Shown: positions 10,118 through 20,607, counted from the stretch's first letter. The stretch: DNA of 64,000 nucleotides from a bacterium (GCA_029210965.1 JARGFZ010000003.1:55893-119892); one strand, 5' to 3'. The notes: generated from the letters alone by a model not told the origin. Translations and numbers: made by a program.

Positions 10118-10780
10118 TTACGGTTCCTCATGTATTATTTCCCCCATAAACTCCTTGGGGTCGAGTTTCTGTTGGGCGGCCAGGGTCATGAAAAACCCTT
10201 TATCCGGGTGATCCACATCCATCTCCATTATCAGATCGTACCACCTGGCCGCCTCTTCCCTTTCACCGTTACGCCTGTACTGTTCGCCCAGGAGATATGG
10301 AACAATGTAGATCAGGTCCTCATCCATCGACTTGGATCCCATTTCCATGATGAAATATTCGATAGCCATCTTTCGATGATGTTTCTCCCACTCCTTCTCT
10401 TTCAGGTCGTAGCAGCACCACGCGGCATGCAGGTAAAGCATCCCCAGGGAATAGGCACCCGCCCCAAGGCTTTCGTCGATGATCGCCAGAAACTCGAATT
10501 TTTTCCAGGACGGGATCTCCTCTTCCGGCAGTTGGGGTGTGATAACCTTGCGGACGAGACCACGAACATCATCCATGAGATCACCTTTCTCCAACGCCTC
10601 TCTGGAGAATCCGCAGTGCGGGCATGTGTGAACCTGATGGTGAATGGACTGTCCACCGGCCGACATGGTGAAGAAGTCAGTGGTTGTCAGCCCCGGGGTA
10701 TCGGCCGTTTTACAAACGGTATCCTCATAATATTCATAGCAGCAAGGACAATGAAACTCCACCAGGGCTGTTGAGGCCAT
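10118..10780 (-). CDS. DUF2225 family protein (N-terminal zinc ribbon + TPR-like C-terminus)
   Basis: CPCC...CPHC zinc-ribbon pairs followed by a helical TPR-like region; gggagg RBS. Confidence 0.6.
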   Translation of the reverse strand: MASTALVEFHCPCCYEYYEDTVCKTADTPGLTTTDFFTMSAGGQSIHHQVHTCPHCGFSREALEKGDLMDDVRGLVRKVITPQLPEEEIPSWKKFEFLAIIDESLGAGAYSLGMLYLHAAWCCYDLKEKEWEKHHRKMAIEYFIMEMGSKSMDEDLIYIVPYLLGEQYRRNGEREEAARWYDLIMEMDVDHPDKGFFMTLAAQQKLDPKEFMGEIIHEEP

Positions 10781-11053
10781 GGCACATTCCTCCCATCATA
10801 TTAAATCTCTCTTCAGAGCGAATCCGGTAAAACAAGATTAGAACGCGGGAAAGGGAAAAAGCAAGTTATCATCTGTTTGTTGCGTAATATGGTATACACG
10901 ATTTTCTCAACAGACAGCTGTCCTTTAGACGCGGGTTGAGAAGGTGCTTGGGTTTTTCGTGTTATAATAGACAAAACATTCAGAGACCCGAAAATGATCT
11001 ACCAGCGCTATCTTGCGTTGTATATAAACAGGATCATGTAATTGGAGGGAATA

Positions 11054-11482
11054 ATGGAACAGCTGCCTTTTGAAGGATGCTTCGGTTGCGGCCCTGACAA
11101 TGAATTCGGTTTAAAAGCTACCTTCCGCAACATGAGCGACGGGGGCGTAGAGGGGTTCTTTACGCCGCAACAACACCACTGCGGTTACAGTGACGTTGTC
11201 CACGTAGGACCCATCACAGGTTTTCTCAGTGAAGTTCTGGGCCGGCTCGCCTTTCACCAGGACCAGTATTACCTCACCCAATCCCTGCACATCACCTTTA
11301 AATGTTCTGTTTCCCCTGGTGTAAAGCTGCACGCCATGGCCAGGCTGAAAAAATCCTCCAAATCCCACTTTACAGCTGAAGGAGGAATTTATGGCCCGGA
11401 GGGTGAACTTATCGCTACCGGTGAGGGGCAGTTCGTTACCATGAAAAGAGCGGAGGTAAAAAAAATCGCGGGGAAAGGGTAA
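11054..11482 (+). CDS. PaaI/YbgC-type hotdog-fold thioesterase
   Basis: CFGCGPDNEFGL motif characteristic of PaaI-like thioesterases; ATG at 11054 preceded by ggaggg. Confidence 0.7.
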   Translation: MEQLPFEGCFGCGPDNEFGLKATFRNMSDGGVEGFFTPQQHHCGYSDVVHVGPITGFLSEVLGRLAFHQDQYYLTQSLHITFKCSVSPGVKLHAMARLKKSSKSHFTAEGGIYGPEGELIATGEGQFVTMKRAEVKKIAGKG

Positions 11483-11599
11483 GGGGGGAATAAAGGTTTG
11501 AGGTTTGAGGTTCAAGCTAAAAACCCCGGCATACCGGATCCAGGTTACCGGGGCTGGAAGCGAATTAAAACCTTTGGACATTGGACGTTGGACTTTCTT

Positions 11600-11863
11600 T
11601 TACGCTTCCACCCACTCACTACCGTTGTGCATGAATTTATGCACGAGCTTCTCACATTCCCGACAGACAAAACGACCCAAGCTGGTTTCCCTGACATGGT
11701 CACTGCACATATCCATGCAGTGATCACGACAGTGGAACAACTCGCCGCGCTTTCTCTCATTACAGATAGGGCACACAAACATATCTTTAGACAAAGTAGC
11801 CTCCCTGGCCGTCAACAGGGTTACTTTGAACCTTTGCGGTGACACTACATTGTCGTTGATCAC
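11600..11863 (-). CDS. cysteine/histidine-rich small zinc-ribbon protein
   Basis: CPICN...HCRDHC...C...H...CREC arrangement; more protein-like than the overlapping plus-strand ORFs; true start may be an internal Met. Confidence 0.4.
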   Translation of the reverse strand: MINDNVVSPQRFKVTLLTAREATLSKDMFVCPICNERKRGELFHCRDHCMDMCSDHVRETSLGRFVCRECEKLVHKFMHNGSEWVEA

Positions 11864-12006
11864 TTGTTCAAGAGAAGCGTGAAAGGGGAGTCAGCTGTAG
11901 AAGAAGAAAATACCAGTTCAATCACTCCACAAGCCCTACCTATCCCAAACAGGCTATTTTTGCCTGCCATAGGATGTTAAAATAACCACGGGGAGGTAGC
12001 AACCGG

Positions 12007-12354
12007 ATGAAAACAGGATCCATCCATACCAGCACACTATCTATCGAGGACTACTGGAAACATTTCCAGAAGCTCATCGCTACCGCTGACGGCGGAACGA
12101 TCCTGACTACCATGGGCTGGGTACTGTTCTGGTTGGATCACATTCCCGAACACGTCATCCATGCTCACTTCATCACCGGTTTCCTGTTCCTTGGCGCCCT
12201 GTCCATGGGGCTCGTCGGAGCCCGTGTAATGATACAAACCAGGAATCGGTTCGGAACCAGAGCAGACAGATTTTTTCACTTCGTCAAGATCAGCTACACC
12301 CTGCTGTCTTCTATCAGCGGGATCTACGCATACCTGAGGTTCCCGTCATTCTAA
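12007..12354 (+). CDS. hypothetical small membrane protein (3 TM)
   Basis: hydrophobic segments; no competing ORF. Confidence 0.45.
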   Translation: MKTGSIHTSTLSIEDYWKHFQKLIATADGGTILTTMGWVLFWLDHIPEHVIHAHFITGFLFLGALSMGLVGARVMIQTRNRFGTRADRFFHFVKISYTLLSSISGIYAYLRFPSF

Positions 12355-13009
12355 AAAACGGTATCGGGGTGCCGGGGTGTCGGTGTAACGGGGAAAAAGC
12401 CCAAACACAGATGGGAACCCTGAAAATGACGCCGACCTTCGGTGGGGATTTCAGGTTTTACCTGGATACTTGGATACCTGGTTACATGAGCATTTACCCT
12501 CTTATCCCCTTTATCCCCTTCATCCCTGTTAAAAAGGGCAGTGCAAAGTGTAATGTGCAGAGTGTAGAGTTCAGACCACGCCCTTTCCCTTTTTCCTTTT
12601 TCCTTTTTCCTCGCCGGAAGGCGTATGCCTTCCGTACAGATGGTAGGCACAGTCTGGTCCTATCAGTCTTTTAGCGGTATGACGATTTACCTTGATCTCG
12701 CCGCTTAAGATTTTCCGCCGGTAGAGATACCGGATCCTGATCCTTTCCGCCTCGGGTTTCATGGGGGATATAATAACATGTTTGGAGTTCGTGGTTTTGG
12801 AATCGGGAAAAAGTAACTGGTTGCCAAGTGAATTATGAAGAGTGAACCGTGAACAGAAAAAACCAGTTATCATCCACCCTCACCATTCACTGCCTGCCCC
12901 GAGCTTAGTCGAGGGGCTCACCTTTCACCATCCACCAATTTGACTTTTACCTCCCATGATTCTATTACAAGGTCTCCATTATCAATGCCGATCCAGGAGA
13001 GATCAGTAT

Positions 13010-13327
13010 ATGAACTATTATGTTATTTTTGGGATCATCATCCTCGCCTTCATTACAAGCATCGCACTTTCCTCAAGGGTGATGAAAAGACTGAGGACCA
13101 GGCACACCGACATATGGGAGGCTATGGGCAAACCCACCAGACTGGTCCTTAAAGACAGGGTTACCCCTGACAGCGAACCATTCTGGCTCAAAGGTTACAA
13201 AGAACTGGACGATCCCCAGTTCGAAAGCCAGGTGGAGCTTCTGAAGATGTTCAACAACGTTCTTGGCGTTATTGTACTGGTTTTTCTGGTGCTCATGGTG
13301 GTCAAACTGATGATGGGGTATACTTAA
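13010..13327 (+). CDS. hypothetical small membrane protein (2 TM)
   Basis: ATG 13010 with ggagag RBS; N- and C-terminal TM helices. Confidence 0.4.
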   Translation: MNYYVIFGIIILAFITSIALSSRVMKRLRTRHTDIWEAMGKPTRLVLKDRVTPDSEPFWLKGYKELDDPQFESQVELLKMFNNVLGVIVLVFLVLMVVKLMMGYT

Positions 13328-13455
13328 GAACCTAATTTTTACTGGTCTTACCTTTACAAATCCTCTACATTCAAGGCTGTATCCAGCCAGGCTAACGCCT
13401 GTTTTTGGCCGCCTGAAATGTTTATTTCTGTAACTTTAACAAGGAAGGAGAAACC

Positions 13456-13905
13456 ATGGATATTTCTGAGTACACAGAGGTGTTACTGGACGCGAAAGAG
13501 GAAAAGGGCCTTACTTTTGCAGCGCTTGGGAAGAAGATCGGCGTCAGCGAGATGTGGATCGCCGGCCTGCTCTACGGCCAGATGCAGGCTACCCCGGAAG
13601 AGGCGGCCAAGGTCGTGAAGGCCCTTGGACTGGAAGAGGACAAAGAGGCGTTTGAATATTTCCTGACCTCCTTCCCCAACAAAGGTCTGGGACCCGTCGT
13701 TCCCACCGACCCGCTTATCTACCGCTTGTATGAGATCGTTCAGGTTTTCGGTTATCCCTTCAAATCGGTCGTCCATGAGAAATTCGGCGACGGTATCATG
13801 AGCGCCATCGATTACACCTTCCACGTGGAAAAAGAGAAAAATCCCAACGGTGACAGGGTCAAGGTGATCATGTCCGGGAAGTTCCTGCCTTATAAGAAAT
13901 TCTAG
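13456..13905 (+). CDS. cynS: cyanate hydratase (cyanase)
   Basis: N-terminal HTH region plus C-terminal cyanase domain with near-identity to the conserved block PTDP.IYR.YE..QV.G...K...[12 protein letters not shown]...GDR...GK.LPYKKF; strong RBS aaggaaggag. Confidence 0.9.
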   Translation: MDISEYTEVLLDAKEEKGLTFAALGKKIGVSEMWIAGLLYGQMQATPEEAAKVVKALGLEEDKEAFEYFLTSFPNKGLGPVVPTDPLIYRLYEIVQVFGYPFKSVVHEKFGDGIMSAIDYTFHVEKEKNPNGDRVKVIMSGKFLPYKKF

Positions 13906-13926
13906 GATTATTTCCTTAAACGGATC

Positions 13927-13971
13927 AGAGACCGGGATCTGCTGACATACAGATCCCGGTCTTTTCTTTAG
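13927..13971 (+). terminator. rho-independent terminator after cynS
   Basis: agaccgggatct-(10 nt loop)-agatcccggtct followed by ttttcttt. Confidence 0.8.
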
Positions 13972-14199
13972 TGTACCGGAAATAATCAGCACGCAGAACG
14001 CAGAACGCAGGACGCAGCACGCAAAAGGAGAATCTGTTTTTTCGGAACGAACCGGAATGCCGGTGAACCGGGGAAACGGGGAGAAGGCGTGTTTCCTGCA
14101 ATAGCGTTGTTTTTCACCACGGAGTCACAAAGGGCACGGAGAAAGTCCAAAAGTCAGGTGCACATGTGCACCGTACTATTTTTATCCTGGATTTTGATT

Positions 14200-15066
14200 T
14201 TAATCCGGAATTCGGAATCCGGAATCCGGAATTGTATTTTCACACGGCACATCAGTCTGGCAAAGACCGCACCCTACATGTTTTGCATCGAACTTTTTCG
14301 ACAGGTCCTTGAATAGAGGCCCGTACGTATACTTTTCACACCGATATTTGTCATGGCCATCAAGGGTTATGGCCCCTACTGGACATCTCTCAACACACAT
14401 CCCACATTCCACCCCTTTGCACGTCAGGCAGTTCTCCCGATAATCGCTGTATGGATGCTCTGATGGCTCCAGGAAAAGATCCGTTACCACACTGCCGATC
14501 CGGTTAGCCATCCCAAGGGGTGTAATAAATCCGTCATTTAGACTGAAAGTACCCAACCCGGCGGCATAGGCCGCGTGACGCTCAGACCAGGTGGAGGCCC
14601 ATCCGATATCGGGATCATCGACCCTGGCCCACTGATCCAGAAGCATAGGCCCGGCGGCTCTGCCGCCATGTTCCAAAATAAAATCCACTACGGATTGCCG
14701 GACGACATCGTTAAACAGTTCACCGTAATTTCTTGTGCGGGCCCAGCGGCGGGAAGGGTAGCGACCCTCTATCCGGTTGGTCTGCCTCGTTTTCTCGGTT
14801 ATGGGTAGGACCCAGCAGATAACAGTACCAGCCGCCAAAGCGCCTGGGCCATAAGCCTGCTCAAGAACCTCGCTGGGTGTCCAGTGAAAGGGGCCGATGA
14901 TAGTCTTGTACCTGGTAAACAGCTCATCATCAGCGGAAGCAAACCCCACCAGGGGCGCGTCAAAATAGGGGCTGCCGTCCTCACCGCGGTTGGCCGGATC
15001 GCTTTTAACGCGGTTTTCGATCACATCTATCAGTAACTGTTTGATATCAATCTCCCCAGGGTTCAT
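14200..15066 (-). CDS. 4Fe-4S cluster protein, epoxyqueuosine-reductase (QueG) / reductive-dehalogenase-like
   Basis: C-terminal CLTCKGVECGMCVERCP and CGLCQTDVPC ferredoxin-type motifs; start set at ATG 15066 with aggaacagga RBS. Confidence 0.5.
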   Translation of the reverse strand: MNPGEIDIKQLLIDVIENRVKSDPANRGEDGSPYFDAPLVGFASADDELFTRYKTIIGPFHWTPSEVLEQAYGPGALAAGTVICWVLPITEKTRQTNRIEGRYPSRRWARTRNYGELFNDVVRQSVVDFILEHGGRAAGPMLLDQWARVDDPDIGWASTWSERHAAYAAGLGTFSLNDGFITPLGMANRIGSVVTDLFLEPSEHPYSDYRENCLTCKGVECGMCVERCPVGAITLDGHDKYRCEKYTYGPLFKDLSKKFDAKHVGCGLCQTDVPCENTIPDSGFRIPD

Positions 15067-15382
15067 GTGATATCCTGTTCCTATATTTGATTGGCGACTG
15101 ATAAACAATCTATTATACAGTGCGCATTATGTCATCATATCCTTGCTCCATACCCTTTGCATTCTGTACTTTCCAGCCATAGAATACACATTATTCTTAG
15201 GCCAGGAGATCATTTCTAATGAAAAAATTCGAGATCGAGGAAGATCCGCTGTGCAAAACGAAGATGGCCTACCCGGATGATGGGAAGGTAGTGTTTAAAG
15301 TCAGGCTGAAGAAAAGGGGAGTATAAATTGAGAATTGCGCATTGAGAATTCAGGATTTCAGGCTGTAATACTCAATCCGGAA

Positions 15383-16521
15383 TCATTGTACCTGTTCCAG
15401 CCTCAGTACGCGCCCGTTCCTGCTATCGGTGAGCAGGTAGATTAGGCCATCCGGTCCCTGGCGGACATCCCTGATACGCTCATTCATCTTCTGGAGCATG
15501 CGCTCCTCTTTGATTACCTTTTCCCCATCAAGCACCAGACGCACGAGCATGGCTCCACGCAGAGCACCTATAAAAAGATCTCCCTTCCAGCTTGGGAAAA
15601 CATCGGCAGTGTAAAAAGCCATTCCCGAAGGTGCGATGGATGGATCCAGTAATAGACCGGCTGCTCCATACCTTCCTTGCTTGTTCCCTCCCCTATTTTA
15701 AAGCCGGAATAGTGCCGTCCATAGCTGATCACCGGCCAGCCGTAATTGCGCCCCCTAAGCGGGATGTTGATCTCGTCACCACCCATCGCGCCGTGTTTAA
15801 CGGTCCAGAGCCTGCCCGTTTCGGGGTGAAGCGCGGCGCCCTGGGGGTTGCGGTGGCCGTGGGACCAGGTCTCGGGCCGGTAGCCAGAGCGTGCGGCGAA
15901 AGGGTTGTCACCGGGAACTATCCCGTCGGGCATGATGCAAATCACCTGGCCCCTGTGGATGGAAAAATCCTGGGCCCTGTCCCTCTCACCTCGTTCACCA
16001 ATGGTGATGAACAGATTGCCATCCCTGGAAAAAACAAACCGTGAACCGAAATGAATACCGGTATTTGTCTTTGAAATCTGGCGGCAGATAACTTTAAAAT
16101 CCTCAACACGTCCTTCGGTGAGGCGCCCTCTCCCGACCGCTGTACCACCGCCCCCCTTTCCAGGCTCCGCGTAGGAAAGATAAACCAGCCTGCTGGTTTC
16201 AAAACCCGGGTCAAGAACCACATCAAGGAGCCCCCCCTGTCCCCGTGCGAACACCTCGGGCACCCCGGTCAGAGGTTGTGATACTGTGCCGGCCTGGTCC
16301 ACATAGCGCAAACGTCCCGGCCTTTCGGTCACGAGCATCCTTCCATCAGGCAGAAAGGCCAGTCCCCATGGGTTCTCCAATCCGCGCGCAACTGTGACAA
16401 CATGGACGGAATAAAGCTCCGTAGCATATTCATCGCTGCCGGCAGCTGACGCTTCCCCAATACCTGCAGCTAAAACCAGCAGGAAAATGATCCGTGACAA
16501 ATAGTGTGTCAGGGCGCTCAT
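15383..16521 (-). pseudogene. PQQ-dependent soluble aldose sugar dehydrogenase (YliI/Asd family), -1 frameshift (or sequencing error) at ~15645
   Basis: ORFs 15568..16521 and 15383..15622 together give the full family sequence (…[18 protein letters not shown]…[10 protein letters not shown]…); the junction lacks one G of an expected tggGat. Confidence 0.7.
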
Positions 16522-16752
16522 GACCGACCCTCCCTGCCTGTAATTTTCTGAAAACCAACCCTTGCCAAATATATTGAGCCTTGTTCGTGTTCTCGTGACG
16601 AGCTATTTCAGATCCCGTCACAAAAAAAACGCCGCAGTCACCTTGACGGAAACTGCGGCGGCAGGTCCTGTTTTAACTGACTGTAGTCATCAGCACAAAT
16701 TACTGTCGAGGTTGTGGTCTTGAATGCTCAATCCGGAATTCTCAATCCGAAA

Positions 16753-17691
16753 TTACTGGATTTTCAGGGCCGCCTGCGTCACAAGTCGTGATATCCCCAA
16801 GGACTCCGAAGAGTAAAGGAACAGTCCCGCCCAGATAAAGCCGAAACTCACAAGGTGACTGGTAGTGAACGGTTCACCAAAGGCAAAGACCGCCCACGCG
16901 AAGTGCGCCGTCGGGACGATATACTGCATGATACCCATGGTAGAGAGGCGAAGGCGGTTCAGCGCACCTCCGAAGAGAATAAGGGGTGTGACAGTAATGA
17001 CACCAGCCAGAAGGAGAAGGATATCGATATTTTTCCCAAGGGCCATGAAGGAGAGACGATCAGCTGAAAAAAGCCAGAGAAGGTATCCCAGCGCCAAGGG
17101 GGAGAGAAGTGTCGTCTCTATGGCAAGCCCCGTCACTGCGGGCAGGCAAGCGGCTTTCCTGATCAAACCGTACAAACCGAAGGAAAAAGCAAGGGTTATG
17201 GATATGAGGGGCAGGCGTCCTATCATCACCGTCTGAACGCCGACGCCTGCTGCAGCCAGGGCGATAGCAACCTTTTGTCTGCCGGTGAGCTTTTCACGAA
17301 GGAATACTGCTGCAAGGAAAATACTGACCAGCGGGTTGAGATAGTAACCAAGACTGCTTTCCAGAACCTTACCTGCCGCAACCGCGTAAATAAACACGAA
17401 CCAGTTGGTGGAAATGAGAAGGGTGGTAAGGGTTAGTGTGGCAAGAGTCCGCCTGTTAAGCACCATGGATCGGAGCCGTGCGCCTGACCTGGTCACAGCG
17501 ACAAAGATGAGAAGAAAGGCTGCTGACCAGATGATGCGGTGTGCCAGGACCTCCGCAGCCGGTACTTGAGCCAACGCCTTGAAGTAAAGGGGGAAAAACC
17601 CCCATATAGAATAGGCGGCAAGCCCCATCCAGAAACCGGATCTCCCTTGTGTGTTCCCAGTGGGATGGCTGATGTCACCTGTACTGTTCAA
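16753..17691 (-). CDS. rarD: EamA/RarD family DMT transporter
   Basis: 10-TM DMT protein; N-terminus LAAYSIWGFFPLYFK matches the RarD signature (LAAYFIWGIAPAYFK in E. coli). Confidence 0.7.
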   Translation of the reverse strand: MNSTGDISHPTGNTQGRSGFWMGLAAYSIWGFFPLYFKALAQVPAAEVLAHRIIWSAAFLLIFVAVTRSGARLRSMVLNRRTLATLTLTTLLISTNWFVFIYAVAAGKVLESSLGYYLNPLVSIFLAAVFLREKLTGRQKVAIALAAAGVGVQTVMIGRLPLISITLAFSFGLYGLIRKAACLPAVTGLAIETTLLSPLALGYLLWLFSADRLSFMALGKNIDILLLLAGVITVTPLILFGGALNRLRLSTMGIMQYIVPTAHFAWAVFAFGEPFTTSHLVSFGFIWAGLFLYSSESLGISRLVTQAALKIQ

Positions 17692-17972
17692 CGAGCCTCC
17701 ATCCTATGATTGGCGGGAATGGTGTTTAAACCCATTCGCACTAACGCTCCTGGTGTAACAGGCCGAAACAAGCGCAGCAAAGAACTCTTTTCGGCCATAA
17801 TGACGATCTTGCCCTTGATGGAAACGGTAAGCTCTTTTCCTGGTGACAGAATGTAGTCCGTGCTGTCTCCGGACACGGTAACCCAGACAGCACCCTCAGC
17901 ACAACGGACCGTAATAGTCCCCAGACTATTTCTGAGGCTTACCATGTCGTCCCTGTTCATGGAAATAACCAT
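17688..17972 (-). CDS. DUF2917 family small protein
   Basis: TVRCAEGAVWVTVSGDSTDYILSPG pattern typical of DUF2917; ATGA overlap with rarD. Confidence 0.55.
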   Translation of the reverse strand: MVISMNRDDMVSLRNSLGTITVRCAEGAVWVTVSGDSTDYILSPGKELTVSIKGKIVIMAEKSSLLRLFRPVTPGALVRMGLNTIPANHRMEAR

Positions 17973-18197
17973 ATCACTCCTCCTTCAGAACCCATTGTGC
18001 TTTGCCGTCAGGGTAGGATAACAGCGTCACATTATGATCACGATCCGCGACTTGCCTAAATAATCTGCCACGTGTGACAAAAAAGCACCAGATACATTAC
18101 TTCACTTTTGTACCTGATACAGTTTATATTAATAACAACTGTGCCCTTTCAGGGATCGTCAAACTGTGCCTCTATAAAATGGAAGAGATGAGATACT

Positions 18198-19646
18198 ATG
18201 GGCCCCATGCAAAAGACCGAGCTTACCGACAGTCAGAGAACACCCCTGTACGAACAGGTGGCAGGCCAGATCGCCTCCCTGGTAGAAAGGGGCACCTACA
18301 GGCCAGGGGACCGCATTCCCTCCATACGGAAACTGAGCCGACAGATGAAGGTGAGCGTTAACACCATTCGGGAGGCTTACGGTTACCTGGAGGTGCGCCG
18401 CATCATAGAAGCCAGGCCACAATCCGGATATTACGTCTGTTCCAGCCTGCCGGAGGTTCCGGCGGAACCGGAATTCGAGAACAGGGAGATCCACCCTACA
18501 GATGTCGGCGTGGGAGAACTGGCAGAAATGGTCATGAGAGACACTGCCAATTCTGATCTGATCCAGTTTGGAGCATCCATCCCCGATCCGACACTGCTCC
18601 CCATCGACAGGCTAAACAGGATGCTGTCGTCAGAAGTCAGAAGACGTCCTATCGTTTCGGTCTCCTATTCCCTGCCTCCAGGTTACGAACGCCTGCGCAA
18701 ACAGATCGCCAAACGGATGGTGAATTCAGGCTGCATGGTGGGACCGGAGGATATCGTCATAACAAACGGATGCATGGAGGCGGTGACCCTGGCCCTGCTG
18801 GCTACCTGCAAACCAGGTGATACCCTTGCCGTTGAATCCCCGACCTATTACGGTTTTTTCCAACTCATTCACCAGATGGGGTTAAAAGCCCTGGAAATCC
18901 CCTCAACACCGACCAGCGGGATCAGCATCGAAGCTCTTACCTATGCCCTCGAAACCACCAGGGTGAATGCCTGTCTCGTTGTCCCAAACTACAGCAACCC
19001 TATCGGTTCGATAATGCCCCATGATCGAAAACTCCAGCTTGTCAGGCTTCTTGAGCAGCACAGCATCCCACTTATTGAGGACGACATTAACTCGGACCTC
19101 TCCCATTCTGATGAACCCCCTACCACTGCCAAGGGCCATGATCGAACCGGGAATGTCCTCTTGTGTTCCTCCTATACCAAGACCCTTGCCCCGGGCTATC
19201 GGGTAGGATGGATGGTTCCAGGGCGATACCAGGCACAGGTACAGAGGCTCAAACTGCTCATGAACATCGGCAACGCGACACCACCGCAGATGGCCATTGC
19301 CGAGTTTCTGATAAGCGGCGGCTACGAAAGACATCTGCGTAACATCCGCAGAACCTACGCCAAAAGGGTGGCCATGCTCGGCGAAGCTATTGGCCGACAC
19401 TTTCCGGAAGGAACGCGGGTCACCAGACCCCGCGGCGGTTTCAACCTGTGGGTGGAGATGAATGAAAAAGTGCAGGCCCTGAATCTCTACAAGGATGCAA
19501 TGAAACATGGGATCACCATAACTCCCGGCCCCCTCTTCACCGCTTCAGACAAGTTTCACAACTGTGTCCGGCTTAACGCCGCGTTCTATTCCGAGAGGAC
19601 CGAACTTGCGGTGGAGACCCTGGGTAAACTGGCGAAGAAATTCTGA
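18198..19646 (+). CDS. MocR/PdxR-family transcriptional regulator (GntR HTH + PLP aminotransferase domain)
   Basis: N-terminal GntR wHTH (RIPSIRKLSRQMKVSVNTIREAY) fused to aminotransferase class I/II fold (~480 aa). Confidence 0.85.
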   Translation: MGPMQKTELTDSQRTPLYEQVAGQIASLVERGTYRPGDRIPSIRKLSRQMKVSVNTIREAYGYLEVRRIIEARPQSGYYVCSSLPEVPAEPEFENREIHPTDVGVGELAEMVMRDTANSDLIQFGASIPDPTLLPIDRLNRMLSSEVRRRPIVSVSYSLPPGYERLRKQIAKRMVNSGCMVGPEDIVITNGCMEAVTLALLATCKPGDTLAVESPTYYGFFQLIHQMGLKALEIPSTPTSGISIEALTYALETTRVNACLVVPNYSNPIGSIMPHDRKLQLVRLLEQHSIPLIEDDINSDLSHSDEPPTTAKGHDRTGNVLLCSSYTKTLAPGYRVGWMVPGRYQAQVQRLKLLMNIGNATPPQMAIAEFLISGGYERHLRNIRRTYAKRVAMLGEAIGRHFPEGTRVTRPRGGFNLWVEMNEKVQALNLYKDAMKHGITITPGPLFTASDKFHNCVRLNAAFYSERTELAVETLGKLAKKF

Positions 19647-19963
19647 AGGAATGATTACTATAAAAGCGTTGTTTTGAACGCAGAGGTCGCGAAGGACGCT
19701 GAGGAAAACCTTAATCTGGTTTAAAACTGACTGTCATTCCGGACACGGCCTGGTGCCGTGATCCGGAATCCAGCAATTCAGGCCGCGGCGGATCACGAAT
19801 CACGAATCACTGTTTTTTCACACCAGACACAGAGTTCACGGAGAAAGGCTGTGCTTGTGGAGTAGCATTATTCCTTTAAAAGCGTCCGATTTTGAACACA
19901 AAGTTCACGAAGTAACACGAAGGGGTTCTTTGAGACCTGATATATCTTTACTTTGTTTACTTC

Positions 19964-20584
19964 GTGTTTAAAAAAAATATCGTCTTTGGAGAAGAAAGAT
20001 TGAAAAGTAAGCTATACGATCGAAGAACACTGGCCGCCTACCACGAGGCGGGTCATGCTGTGGTGGCCTATGACCAGGGGGTCCGGGTTCACGGCATCAG
20101 TATCATAGCGGACGAGGGACGCATGGGGCACATCGCCATCGATACCCTGCTCCTGAACCGGCTGGCACCAACTTTTGGGCACAACAAGGGAGCCAACAAC
20201 CGCTTCACCATGGAGCGCCACGTCATGGTCCTCCAGGGGGGGCATGCCGCTGTCCATCATCTGGATCCAGCAAAAAAAGAACTGGCCGAAACGGTCAACG
20301 GCGAAGGGTCTGACCAGAATATAGCCATGAGCCTTGTGAACGCATTTGCTGAGGGGGAAAAGGAGGCCGAGAAATACTATCTGTGGCTGGACGCCCGCAC
20401 TGAAGGGATCATGGGCAACCCCATGAGGTGGTTCCAGGTCCAGGCCTTGGCCGAAGCGCTCCTTGAGGATGAACAGCTGGGGGCGAGAAGAGTCAGAATG
20501 GTGATTAAAGAGGCGGGGGAAGAGTGGGTCAGGGCGCAGGGCACAGGGCACAGGGCGGGGGGAATCTCCCGACCTGACGACTGA
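19964..20584 (+). CDS. standalone FtsH-like peptidase M41 domain protein (no AAA+ or TM region)
   Basis: AYHEAGHAVVA zinc-binding HEXXH, third-ligand region and ...LQGGHAAVH... match the FtsH protease domain; start may be TTG 20000 (RBS ggagaag). Confidence 0.6.
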   Translation: MFKKNIVFGEERLKSKLYDRRTLAAYHEAGHAVVAYDQGVRVHGISIIADEGRMGHIAIDTLLLNRLAPTFGHNKGANNRFTMERHVMVLQGGHAAVHHLDPAKKELAETVNGEGSDQNIAMSLVNAFAEGEKEAEKYYLWLDARTEGIMGNPMRWFQVQALAEALLEDEQLGARRVRMVIKEAGEEWVRAQGTGHRAGGISRPDD

Positions 20585-20607
20585 GCGACTTGGCGAAAAA
20601 GGCACAT

